Counted from the stretch's first letter, positions 1 to 8,023 are shown. The stretch is 10,142 nucleotides of DNA from Deinococcaceae bacterium (GCA_040256005.1 JBDZWC010000044.1:10521-20662), one strand, 5' to 3'. The notes: a model not told the origin generated them from the letters alone. Program-made: numbers and translations.

Positions 1-42
1 GGCATGCGCACCCCCTTCCGTCTGGAGGGCATGGCCACTTGA
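1..42 (+). CDS. Probable 3' end of an upstream CDS (partial; ...GMRTPFRLEGMAT*)
   Basis: Frame 1 is open from base 1 to TGA at 40-42 with mostly G/C third positions. The stop overlaps the TTG start of the next gene (TTGA), a typical coupled-operon junction. Too short to identify. Confidence 0.4.
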   Translation, partial: GMRTPFRLEGMAT

Positions 43-1703
43 GATCGTGGTCGTTCTACATCGTGGCCGCCGCGGGGCTGGCCTCGATCGTGGCCACCTT
101 CGCCGGGGCGGTCACCGTGGTGGGTCTGCCCCTGGCGGCCGCCACCGTCGTCGCGGCGATCGCGATGTCCCGCCCGAGGGGTTGGGCCTGGCGCTTCGCC
201 CTGTTGGGATCCATCGCCTGGTTCAGCGAAGAGGTCGTCTGGGCCGTGAAGCGCCATCAGGGCGTCCTCGAGGCGACGTTCCCAACCGACGTCACCTACT
301 TCGCCGGCGTCGTGCTGTGGTGCGCCGCTCTCCTGCTCATGCGCGGCAGGCGGCTGCGGACACGGCTGTGGCTGCTCATGGTGCCCGCGCTGGCGATCGT
401 CGTGTGGATGCTGGCGGTCCAGAGCCGTACGTCGGTCGAGCTGCAGTTCCCGTACATCGACGCCCTGATGCTCGTCGTGGCTCTGCCCGCTCTGGAGCCC
501 GCGTTGCGCGGCCGGGCGTCGGAGGGCCGAGTCCTCATAGTCCTGGCGTTCTTCATCCGGGCCGTGGGCTCGAGCGCGTTCGCCTGGCTGTACGACACGT
601 CCGGCCTTGACGCAGGCGCCACGCTGGTCTGGATCCTCGCGTACGTGGCCCTGGCGCTGGGCGCCCGGTTGGAGCTGAGCGGGGAACCGGCGCAGCTGTT
701 CGTGGCCACCGGCTCCGTCGTCGCCCTTCAGCTCGTCGCCGGCGCCATCGTCTACGCCGTCCTGCTCATCGGCGAGCCGCTCGAGGCGCGGTCGATCGGC
801 GTCCTGCTGCTGCTGGGTTACTGCCAGCTGGTGGTGCTGCTCGTCATCGTCTACACGCAGCGCTTGAGATGGTCGAAGACGGACAGCGAGATGCGGGCCT
901 GGAGCACCCTCGTGGCCGACCTAGGGACCGTGGAGTCCGACGCGGCGGACAGGCACACCAGCCTCGCCGGCTTCGTGAGGGCGGTCAGGGAGCGCATACC
1001 CACGCTGCGGGGGATGGTGGTGCACGAGAAGGACGACCTGCTGGTCGGGGAGGTGGGCAGCTACGCCTTCCCGCTCGTGGCCGGCGGCACCGAGGTGGGG
1101 CGCCTGTACTTCGATGGCCAGCCGCCGCAGCTCGACGTGCTCGATGCGGTCTCCCCCTTCCTGGCCGGACGCTTGAGGCAGTCGCAGCTCGCAGCGGAGT
1201 GGGTGGACCAGGCGCTCACCGACCCGTTGACAGGCATCCTCAACCGACGCGGGTTCGCGGTCAGAGCCGGGCGCTTGGCCGGCACCGCGCATGCCGATGC
1301 CTTGCCCGTGAGCGTCGTGATGTTCGACCTCGATCACTTCAAGCGCGTCAACGACTTCTACGGGCACGGCGTCGGCGACAACGCACTCAAGGCCCTCGCC
1401 AACGTGCTGAAGCGCAACCTGCGGCCGGACGACCTGGCCGTGCGCTGGGGCGGCGAGGAGTTCGTCGTGGTGCTCTGCGACGCGACGCCCGACGTGGCGG
1501 CAGAAGTCGTCAAGCGCGTGCGCTCGGAGCTGAGGGAGAAGAAGGTGCCTCCGATCGACTGGTCCCTGACGTTCTCGGCCGGCCTCGCCGGCGGCAAGCC
1601 GCCGTCCGGCCTGGCCGAGCTGGAGCGCTGGATAGACAGTGCCGACGCCGCCTTGCGTCGCGCGAAGGCTGCGGGCCGAGACCGCCTCGAGGTGGTCGCC
1701 TAG
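39..1703 (+). CDS. Membrane-bound diguanylate cyclase (multi-TM sensor region, short GAF-like segment, GGDEF domain)
   Basis: The C-terminus has the GGDEF signatures TDPLTGILNRRGF, DLDHFKRVNDFYGHGVGD, RWGGEEF (GGEEF at 1449-1463), SAG and ADAALRRAKAAGRD. The first ~270 aa are successive hydrophobic helices. GGAGGG at 24-29 precedes TTG at 39. The frame is also open back to the window start, so the start is not certain. Confidence 0.93.
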   Translation: MRSWSFYIVAAAGLASIVATFAGAVTVVGLPLAAATVVAAIAMSRPRGWAWRFALLGSIAWFSEEVVWAVKRHQGVLEATFPTDVTYFAGVVLWCAALLLMRGRRLRTRLWLLMVPALAIVVWMLAVQSRTSVELQFPYIDALMLVVALPALEPALRGRASEGRVLIVLAFFIRAVGSSAFAWLYDTSGLDAGATLVWILAYVALALGARLELSGEPAQLFVATGSVVALQLVAGAIVYAVLLIGEPLEARSIGVLLLLGYCQLVVLLVIVYTQRLRWSKTDSEMRAWSTLVADLGTVESDAADRHTSLAGFVRAVRERIPTLRGMVVHEKDDLLVGEVGSYAFPLVAGGTEVGRLYFDGQPPQLDVLDAVSPFLAGRLRQSQLAAEWVDQALTDPLTGILNRRGFAVRAGRLAGTAHADALPVSVVMFDLDHFKRVNDFYGHGVGDNALKALANVLKRNLRPDDLAVRWGGEEFVVVLCDATPDVAAEVVKRVRSELREKKVPPIDWSLTFSAGLAGGKPPSGLAELERWIDSADAALRRAKAAGRDRLEVVA

Positions 1704-1734
1704 GCCAGCGGAGAACCCGCCTGGCTCACCGCGC

Positions 1735-1740
1735 TATCAT
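1735..1740 (+). promoter_or_regulatory. Putative -10 element TATCAT of a leaderless transcript
   Basis: TANNNT hexamer 6 nt upstream of ATG 1747. No Shine-Dalgarno-like sequence before the ATG. Confidence 0.65.
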
Positions 1741-1746
1741 CCACGG

Positions 1747-2085
1747 ATGCGCGAGCTGCTCTACGACGCCGCGAAGCACTACCGGCACGGCAAGACGCTG
1801 GCCGAGCGCGGCGACGTCCGTGGCGCCATGCAGGCCTACCGAGACGCCCTCAAGGACCTCCATGCCGTCAAACCGCAGCGCATGCGCGACGTCCTGCTGG
1901 CGCAGGTCTACCTCTCGCGCTACGTGATCGGGCGCGAGGTCGACCACCGCCGCGCGGACAGCGACCTGCGTACCGGCTACTCCTACGCGCGCACCACCCA
2001 CGAGCCCCACGTCAGGCTCATGGCAGAGGAGCTGTGGCGCGAGCGCCTAGGTGGGGACGGCCCGGCGCCGGGCCGCGACGGCTGA
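1747..2085 (+). CDS. Small hypothetical protein (112 aa), alpha-helical, single TPR-like motif
   Basis: Same frame as track ORF 1639..2085, restarted at ATG 1747 to remove the overlap with the cyclase and match the -10 box. Strong G/C third-position bias. AAKHYRHGKTLAERGDVRGAMQAYRDALK fits the TPR pattern A..y..G..l...G....A...y..AL. Confidence 0.8.
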   Translation: MRELLYDAAKHYRHGKTLAERGDVRGAMQAYRDALKDLHAVKPQRMRDVLLAQVYLSRYVIGREVDHRRADSDLRTGYSYARTTHEPHVRLMAEELWRERLGGDGPAPGRDG

Positions 2086-2188
2086 CCGCCCCCTGGCTCT
2101 CGAGCCCCTGGCATCGGCACCTGCGATCCCCCGCCCTGGGGCCGGACCGCCGGAAGCCGCCTCCCCGGGGCCCTCACGTCCCTGGCGT

Positions 2189-2194
2189 TAGCAT
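2189..2194 (+). promoter_or_regulatory. Putative -10 element TAGCAT of a leaderless transcript
   Basis: TANNNT hexamer 7 nt upstream of in-frame ATG 2202. No Shine-Dalgarno. Confidence 0.6.
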
Positions 2195-2201
2195 GACGGC
2201 C

Positions 2202-3344
2202 ATGGAACCAAGCGTCTCCCTGGCGGCCGCCCTGGGCCAACGATCTGCGTACCTGGCGACACTCGAGGGGCTGGTGAGGCTCGAGAGCCCGACACGGGAC
2301 AAGGCGTCAGTGGACGCGCTGGCCGACCACCTGCAAGACCTGCTGACAGCGCGCGGCTGGGACGTGAAGCGCCACGGCAGGGAGGGCATCGGCGATGTCC
2401 TGGAGGCGCGCCTAGACGGTAGCAACGGCCCCGGCACGCTGCTGTTGACCCACATGGACACCGTGTGGCCCTTGGGAACGCTCGAGCGCATGCCCGTGAA
2501 GGACGACGGCGAGCGCTTCTGGGGACCGGGGACCGTGGACATGAAGGCCGGTATCGCGACCGCGATCCACGCCGTCGACCTGCTGCGCGCGACCGGGGTG
2601 CAGCCGGCGGGCCCGGTGACTTTGCTCGTGACCAGCGACGAGGAGGTCGGCAGCGCCGGATCGAGGGAGCTCATCGAGGAGCTGGCGACGGGCCACGACC
2701 GCGTGTTGGTCCTGGAGCCGGCCCGAGACGACGGCGCGCTGAAGATCGGTCGCAAGGGCGTGGGAGGTTACACCGTCACCTTCACGGGCAAGAGCGCCCA
2801 CGCCGGCAACGACCCGGCCGGCGGAGCCAGCGCCTTGCGGGAGATGGCGCATTTCCTGCTGTTCGTCGAGGACCTGGCCGACGAGGTCGCGGGCACGACC
2901 GTCAACTTGACGACGGCGCACGGCGGCATCGCCTCGAACGTCATCGCCGAGGAGGCGGTGTGCACTGTGGACCTGCGCGTGCTCAAGGCAGGGGAGGCCG
3001 AGAGGGTGGACCATGCCGTGCGCAGTTACCAGCCGCGCGACCGCCGTGTGAAGGTCCGCATCGAGGGCGGCCTCAACCGCCCGCCTTTGGAGACGACGCC
3101 GGTCAACCAGGCGCTGTTCGAGGTGGCGCGGGCGGCCGGCCGCGCCCTGGGCTTGGACCTCACCGGCGCGATCGTGGGCGGGGGCTCCGACGGGAACTTC
3201 ACGTCGGCGTTGGGCGTACCCACCCTCGATGGCCTCGGTTCCGTGGGCGGCGGTGCGCACGCGCGTGACGAGCACGTGCACGTGGAGAGGACTCTGGGCC
3301 ACGTCGCCCTGGTGGCCGCCCTGCTGGCCGGCAGCGGAAGCTGA
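2202..3344 (+). CDS. M20 family metallopeptidase (glutamate carboxypeptidase/ArgE-DapE-like)
   Basis: Motifs LVRLESPT, THMDTVW (His ligand), GPGTVDMKAG (Asp), SDEEVGS (catalytic Glu plus metal Glu), VLEP, GKSAHAG (dimerisation domain), GGSDGNF and GGGAHARDEH (C-terminal His). Start moved from the track's 2034 to ATG 2202 (alternative 2193), because the upstream part overlaps the previous gene and is Pro/Arg-rich noise. Substrate cannot be assigned. Confidence 0.92.
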   Translation: MEPSVSLAAALGQRSAYLATLEGLVRLESPTRDKASVDALADHLQDLLTARGWDVKRHGREGIGDVLEARLDGSNGPGTLLLTHMDTVWPLGTLERMPVKDDGERFWGPGTVDMKAGIATAIHAVDLLRATGVQPAGPVTLLVTSDEEVGSAGSRELIEELATGHDRVLVLEPARDDGALKIGRKGVGGYTVTFTGKSAHAGNDPAGGASALREMAHFLLFVEDLADEVAGTTVNLTTAHGGIASNVIAEEAVCTVDLRVLKAGEAERVDHAVRSYQPRDRRVKVRIEGGLNRPPLETTPVNQALFEVARAAGRALGLDLTGAIVGGGSDGNFTSALGVPTLDGLGSVGGGAHARDEHVHVERTLGHVALVAALLAGSGS

Positions 3345-3355
3345 GCAGCTCACTC

Positions 3356-4954
3356 GTGTCGGTCTCGGGACGGCGCGCAGCCGTCACGACGTACCTGGTG
3401 GTGGCGGTGTGCGGCGCGCTGGCGACGCTGTCCTTGCCTCCCACGGGCTGGTGGCCGTTGGCCCTGCTGCTCGGCGGCCTCTACGCTGCCGTCGCCAACG
3501 CCAGGTCACGCGGCCGCGCGTTCCGTCTCGGGTTCTGGTTCGGGCTCCCCTTCTTCGCCATCTACCTGGCCTGGTTGCCGACGTCGCTGGGCGACCTGCT
3601 GGGCCCGGCGTTCTGGGCGATCCATCCCTTGCTGGTCCTGGCGCTGGCCTGCATCTGGGGGCTCACGACGTTGGTGCCGTGGGCCGTCGCCGGCGGCGGC
3701 GGTCGCCGCACGCTGTGGCTCCTCCCGGTGGCCTGGGTAGCCGTCGAGTGGGCCAGGACGCAGGGCTACTTCGCTTTCCCCTGGGGCACGCTCGGCTACG
3801 CCTGGTTGGACACGCCCATCGGCCAGTTCGCGAGCTACGTCGGCGTGTACGGGCTGAGCCTGTTCGTGACCGCGCTGGCAGCGTTGCTGGCGTTGCCCTT
3901 GGTATCTCCTCGCACCGGGTCGGGGAGCACGACGGCGCGCCTACTACTGGCGCCCGCCGCGGCGCTGCTCCTGCTCGCGGTGGCATGGGAGCGCGGGGGA
4001 GCCACGTTGGACAGGGTCGACGCCAGGCTCGAGGCCCCCACCAGGCTGGCGTTGCTCGTACAGGGCGACGTGGACGCCTTCGGCCGGGCGCAGGGCGCGG
4101 CCGCCGACCTGCGGACCCATGTGGAGCTGACGCGGGACGCGGTGACGGAGGCCAGGTCGAACGGCGCGCCGCCGTACGACCTGATCGTGTGGCCCGAGGG
4201 CGCAGTCATCGGGTACCAGTTGGACGGCGCCGCCGCCCGGCCGCTCTACGAGGAGATCACCGCGCCCGCACCAGTCGCGGCGTTCATCGTCGGCGGACGC
4301 AGGTACGAGGGAAGGAGGTCCTACAACAGCCTTTACTCCCTGCAGGACGGGGAGCTGGTGGGCCGCTACGACAAGCACTACTTGGTCCCCTTCGGCGAGC
4401 GCTGGCCCTTCCACGAGTCTCTCTCCTGGCTCTACGACGGCATCTTCGGGCTCATGGGCCTGCCTCCGCTGCTCAGCACGTCGGCCGGCGCGCCGCCCGC
4501 GCCGCTGGCCACGGGACTGGGCCCCGTCGCGGCCTTCGTCTGCTACGAATCGGTCTTCCCGCAGGTGCAGCGGCGCCAGGTAGCGGAGGGAGCGCGTCTG
4601 CTCGTCCTGGGGACCAACGACGCCTGGTTCGCACGCGGGGCGGGGGCCGAGCAGCACTTCGACATGGGTCGGATGCGCGCGATCGAGACGAGACGCTGGC
4701 TGCTCAGGGCCGGCAACGACGGCGTCACGGCCTCGGTGGACCCGCTCGGCCGAACGGTCGCCCGGCTCGAGCGGGGCGTGCGAGGCACGCTCACCGCACC
4801 TTTCGGTCTCTCCAGCGCGCTCACGCCGTGGGTCCGCTACGGGCACCTCACGCCTTGGCTCCTCGGTGGCTACCTACTGCTGGTAAGCGCGGTGCTCCAG
4901 CCGCTCAGGCCCAGTCAGCGAGCGAGGGTAGCCGAGCGCCTCAGGCGGCGCTAA
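3356..4954 (+). CDS. lnt: Apolipoprotein N-acyltransferase
   Basis: N-terminal TM helices with EWAR..GYFAFPWGTLGY. Nitrilase-fold domain with LVQGD, IVWPEGA (catalytic Glu), YDKHYLVPFGERWP (catalytic Lys), VCYESVFP (catalytic Cys), TNDAWF, QHFDMGRMRAIETRR and RAGNDGVTASVDPLG. C-terminal TPWVRYG plus a TM helix. The GTG start is approximate. Confidence 0.96.
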   Translation: MSVSGRRAAVTTYLVVAVCGALATLSLPPTGWWPLALLLGGLYAAVANARSRGRAFRLGFWFGLPFFAIYLAWLPTSLGDLLGPAFWAIHPLLVLALACIWGLTTLVPWAVAGGGGRRTLWLLPVAWVAVEWARTQGYFAFPWGTLGYAWLDTPIGQFASYVGVYGLSLFVTALAALLALPLVSPRTGSGSTTARLLLAPAAALLLLAVAWERGGATLDRVDARLEAPTRLALLVQGDVDAFGRAQGAAADLRTHVELTRDAVTEARSNGAPPYDLIVWPEGAVIGYQLDGAAARPLYEEITAPAPVAAFIVGGRRYEGRRSYNSLYSLQDGELVGRYDKHYLVPFGERWPFHESLSWLYDGIFGLMGLPPLLSTSAGAPPAPLATGLGPVAAFVCYESVFPQVQRRQVAEGARLLVLGTNDAWFARGAGAEQHFDMGRMRAIETRRWLLRAGNDGVTASVDPLGRTVARLERGVRGTLTAPFGLSSALTPWVRYGHLTPWLLGGYLLLVSAVLQPLRPSQRARVAERLRRR

Positions 4955-4957
4955 CAT
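4952..4957 (+). promoter_or_regulatory. Possible -10 element TAACAT for trkA, overlapping the lnt stop codon
   Basis: TANNNT hexamer 9 nt upstream of ATG 4967, no Shine-Dalgarno, and the same GCG(C/T) 5' context as the other two boxes. The spacing is longer than ideal and TAA is also the lnt stop. Confidence 0.4.
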
Positions 4958-4966
4958 GGCCGCTTC

Positions 4967-6331
4967 ATGAACGTCGTGATCGTCGGTGGCGGTGAGATCG
5001 GAACGCTGATCGCCGCAGAGCTGCACGAGGAGCACGGCGTCACGATCCTGGACGTCGACGCCGACAGGGAGCGAGGGTTCGAGACCCTCGACGTGCGTTT
5101 CATACGGGGTTCGGGCACCGATCCCGACGACCTCAAGGCCGCCGGCGTCGAAGGTGCCGACGCCTTCATCGCCTGCACCTCGAACGACGACGTCAACGTC
5201 CTGTCCTGCCTCGCCGCCAAAGGTCTGGGCGCCGGCGACACCCTGGCCTTCGTGACCAGGCAGCGTTACATAGACGCGTTCAAGGCCAAGGGAGCGTTCC
5301 AGTCGGTGGGCCTGCTGATCGACAAGGTCCTCTGGCCGCAGCGCATCCTGGCGCACCAGATCGCGGACATCGTGCGCGTGCCGCGGGCCGTGGACAGCGC
5401 GCGCTTCTGGCGGGGCCGAGTGACGATGCTCGAGTACCTGATGGAGGTGGGCGACCCGTTCCTGGAGACGGCGCTGGTGGACCTCAAGCTTCCGGACGGT
5501 GTCCTACTCGTCGGCCGGATCCGCGGCGAGGAGTTCGAGATACCCACGGGCGGCACGGTGCTGGCTGTGGGTGACAGGGTCGTCTTCCTCGGGGGTACTA
5601 CCGAGATGCGCGAGGTCAGACGGCGCTTCGCCCCGCGGCGCCGGTCGCTCAACGTCGCGATCGTCGGCGGGGGGAACGTGGGCTTCATGGTCGCCGAGGC
5701 GCTCGCCTACGACCGAGCCAACATCACGATCGTGGAAGCCGACGAGGAGCGCTGTCAGAAGCTGGCACAGTGGCTGCCTCATGCGCTGGTACTGAAGGGC
5801 GACGGCACCGACATCGAGCTGCTGCAGCAGGAGCGTGTCGGCGACGCGGACGTCATGGTGGCGGTGACGGACGACGACGGCAGCAACCTCCTGGTGTCGC
5901 TGCTGGCGAAGCAGCTGGGGATCCCCAAGGTGGTCACAAGAGTGGGCAGGGCCCGCAACCGGCGGCTGTTCAGCCGGGTCGGGATCGACTCGCCGCTGAC
6001 GCCCCGCGCCGCCGCCGTGCAGGAGGTCCTCAACTGGCTCAAGGTCGACCAGGTAGACCACATCGCGAGCATCGACGACCGGGCCGAGATCATGGAGGTC
6101 TACTACCCCGATGACGCCGACTCGGGGCCCCTGGCCGAGCTCGAGACGGCCGACGACATCCTCATAGCGGCCATCGAACGGGACACGAACGTCATCATCC
6201 CCCGGGGGAACACGGTGCTAAAGCCCGGCGACCACCTGCTCGTCGTCACGGTGAGGGACAACGTGGAGAAGGTGGAGGAGTGGCTGGAGCAGCGGCGCGA
6301 AGCCGCGAGGGCGCACGCGGGGGCGTCGTGA
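4967..6331 (+). CDS. trkA: Trk system potassium transporter regulatory subunit TrkA (two tandem RCK_N/RCK_C modules)
   Basis: 454 aa with two Rossmann GxGxxG motifs (VIVGGGEIG at the N-terminus, AIVGGGNVG mid-protein), ADAFIACTSNDDVN and GDGTDIELL..E.V..AD...AVT.DD..N. RCK_C motifs IPTGGTVLAVGDRV and IIPRGNTVLKPGDHL. Directly upstream of trkH. Confidence 0.95.
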   Translation: MNVVIVGGGEIGTLIAAELHEEHGVTILDVDADRERGFETLDVRFIRGSGTDPDDLKAAGVEGADAFIACTSNDDVNVLSCLAAKGLGAGDTLAFVTRQRYIDAFKAKGAFQSVGLLIDKVLWPQRILAHQIADIVRVPRAVDSARFWRGRVTMLEYLMEVGDPFLETALVDLKLPDGVLLVGRIRGEEFEIPTGGTVLAVGDRVVFLGGTTEMREVRRRFAPRRRSLNVAIVGGGNVGFMVAEALAYDRANITIVEADEERCQKLAQWLPHALVLKGDGTDIELLQQERVGDADVMVAVTDDDGSNLLVSLLAKQLGIPKVVTRVGRARNRRLFSRVGIDSPLTPRAAAVQEVLNWLKVDQVDHIASIDDRAEIMEVYYPDDADSGPLAELETADDILIAAIERDTNVIIPRGNTVLKPGDHLLVVTVRDNVEKVEEWLEQRREAARAHAGAS

Positions 6332-7845
6332 CCGGCAGGGGACGCTTCGCCCCGTTCGTGCTGGGCAGCGTGCTCCTGTTCCTGGGCGGTGTGGCGGGGA
6401 TCTTCGCCGTCTACGCGGCGATCGTCGGGGAGCCGCTGGCAGGGTTCATCGCCTACCTCAGCGTGTGCCTGCCGCTCGGCCTCCTGCTGCGCTGGGCCGG
6501 CCGCGCGGACGTGGACCCGGGCAGGCGCGAAGCGATCGCGACGGTCCTGCTGACCTGGTTCCTGGTGCCCATCATCGGCGCCCTCCCGTACATGGTCACA
6601 GTTCAGCTGCCGTTCGCCCAGGCGGTGTTCGAGTCGACCAGCGGCTTCACGGCCACGGGCGCGACGGTACTCGAGTTCTTCGAGACGCTCCCGCGCTCTC
6701 TCCTGTTGTGGCGGGCGATCACGCAGTGGTTCGGTGGCATCGGCATCATCGTCCTGTTCGTCGCCGTGTTCCCGCAGCTGTCCATCGCCGGGCGCCAGAT
6801 GTTCTTCACCGAGCTGCCCGGCGTGACCGACGAACGAGTCACGCCCCGCCTGCGGTTCACCGCCGTGGCCGTCCTGTCCGTCTACTCCGGCCTCACGATC
6901 CTGTGCACGGCCGCCTTCGCCCTGCGCGGCATTCCTTTCTCCGAGGCGCTCGGGCACGCGTTCGCGACGGTATCTGCCGGCGGGTTCGCGATGCACGGCG
7001 ACGGCCTGACCCGCTTCAACGACGCGGGCATCGAGTGGATCGCGGTGTGTTTCATGGTGGTCGCCGGTTTGAGCATGCCGCTACTGTGGCGCACCGTGAC
7101 GGGCAGGTTCCTGCTGCCCCTCCGGGACACCGAGGTGCGGGTCTACCTGGGGGTCATGGCCCTGGCCAGCGTCGTCCTGGTGGCCGTCACGTGGGGTGAG
7201 GCGCAGACCGGGACCATCAGGAAGGCGGTCTTCCACGCGGTGAGCATCATGACCACGACGGGGTTCGCCACCAGCGACTACGTGACATGGGGCGAGCCCG
7301 CTCAGGCGGTGCTGCTGATGTTGATGCTGGTGGGCGGGAGCGCGGGCTCCGCCAGCGGCGGGGTGAAGGTCATCCGCTGGTTGATCATCGCCAAGAACAC
7401 CGTCAGGGAGGTGCGCCGCGTGCTGCACCCCAGAGCGGTGCTGCCGGTCAGGGTGGGGCGAGCCGTCGTGCCGGAGGAAGTCCTACGGGCTGTGGCCGCG
7501 TTCATCACGCTCTACGTGGCCCTCTTCGCGTTCTCCACGGTGTCGCTCGTGATGCTGGGGACCCCGTTCGTGGAGGCGCTGACCAGCTCGATCGCCTGCA
7601 TAGGCAACGTGGGACCGGGGCTGGGAGCCGTGGGACCGTACGACTCCTACGCTCAGATGCACCCCGCTGGCCAACTGATCCTGTCGTTCGTGATGTTCGC
7701 CGGCAGGCTCGAGGTCGTGACTGTCTTCGTGATCTTCACGCCGGCGTGGTGGCGCCTGCCGCGCAAGAGCCCGTTCAGGTCGTGGCGTAGCGGCGGAGGC
7801 GCCGCCGCCCACGATCGCGCGCGCCTGGGCAGCGGCGAACGGTGA
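6328..7845 (+). CDS. trkH: Trk system potassium uptake membrane protein TrkH
   Basis: Four pore loops, each with the filter Gly (FESTSGFTATGAT, TVSAGGF, MTTTGFA, IGNVGPGLG), plus QWFGGIGIIV, GGSAGSASGGVKVIR, LHPRAV and MFAGRLE. GTG at 6328 overlaps the trkA TGA (GTGA) and is preferred to the track start at 6280. Confidence 0.96.
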   Translation: MTGRGRFAPFVLGSVLLFLGGVAGIFAVYAAIVGEPLAGFIAYLSVCLPLGLLLRWAGRADVDPGRREAIATVLLTWFLVPIIGALPYMVTVQLPFAQAVFESTSGFTATGATVLEFFETLPRSLLLWRAITQWFGGIGIIVLFVAVFPQLSIAGRQMFFTELPGVTDERVTPRLRFTAVAVLSVYSGLTILCTAAFALRGIPFSEALGHAFATVSAGGFAMHGDGLTRFNDAGIEWIAVCFMVVAGLSMPLLWRTVTGRFLLPLRDTEVRVYLGVMALASVVLVAVTWGEAQTGTIRKAVFHAVSIMTTTGFATSDYVTWGEPAQAVLLMLMLVGGSAGSASGGVKVIRWLIIAKNTVREVRRVLHPRAVLPVRVGRAVVPEEVLRAVAAFITLYVALFAFSTVSLVMLGTPFVEALTSSIACIGNVGPGLGAVGPYDSYAQMHPAGQLILSFVMFAGRLEVVTVFVIFTPAWWRLPRKSPFRSWRSGGGAAAHDRARLGSGER

Positions 7846-7885
7846 CCTCCCGACACGACCCTACCTTCACTCTCGCCCGAGCATT

Positions 7886-7891
7886 TACACT
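7886..7891 (+). promoter_or_regulatory. Putative -10 element TACACT for the lipoprotein gene
   Basis: TANNNT in the only AT-richer patch of the intergenic region (GCATTTACACTCACT), implying a start site near 7898. No well-spaced -35; TTCACT at 7866-7871 is only 14 nt away. Confidence 0.45.
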
Positions 7892-8023
7892 CACTGCAGT
7901 CTCGTAAGGACGGTCCCTGCGCACGCGGCGGAGCGGCTTCGGCCAGGCTCGCCTGTCCATAGGACCACCTGCACGGTGCGGCAGGCACCGCTTCGCCAAC
8001 GACAGGAGCCGGACCTGAGACCT

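Noticed and set aside
1639..2201. Track start sites 1639 and 2034 (and likewise 6280 for trkH)
   Set aside because: They create long overlaps with upstream genes and add low-complexity N-termini. Starts at 1747, 2202 and 6328 fit the promoter or coupling signals.
4956..4970. Mini-uORF MAAS* overlapping the trkA ATG (ATGA)
   Set aside because: No ribosome-binding site, and its ATG begins inside the TAACAT box. Four codons can easily arise by chance.
47..7812. Many long alternative-frame ORFs (e.g. 869..1927, 2465..3268, 3229..4995, 3944..4846, 6103..6996, 6465..7199)
   Set aside because: Arg/Gly/Pro/Ala-rich translations overlapping well-supported genes, as expected from stop-codon scarcity in high-GC DNA.
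39..7845. A c-di-GMP-controlled K+ uptake/envelope operon spanning the cyclase to trkH
   Set aside because: Only co-orientation supports it. Internal -10 boxes suggest separate transcripts, and RCK domains are known to bind ATP/ADP/NAD(H) or c-di-AMP, not typically c-di-GMP. It would need conserved synteny.
7830..7912. c-di-AMP (ydaO) riboswitch, suggested by GCCCGA...CTCGTAAG and the nearby trk genes
   Set aside because: The core elements (GCGGGGGA.CC, GGGGUGAA, CAGCUAAC) are absent, and the sequence lies downstream of trkAH, not upstream.
7927..7960. UUCG hairpin as an intrinsic terminator for trkH
   Set aside because: No U-tract follows on either strand, and it lies downstream of the putative next promoter.
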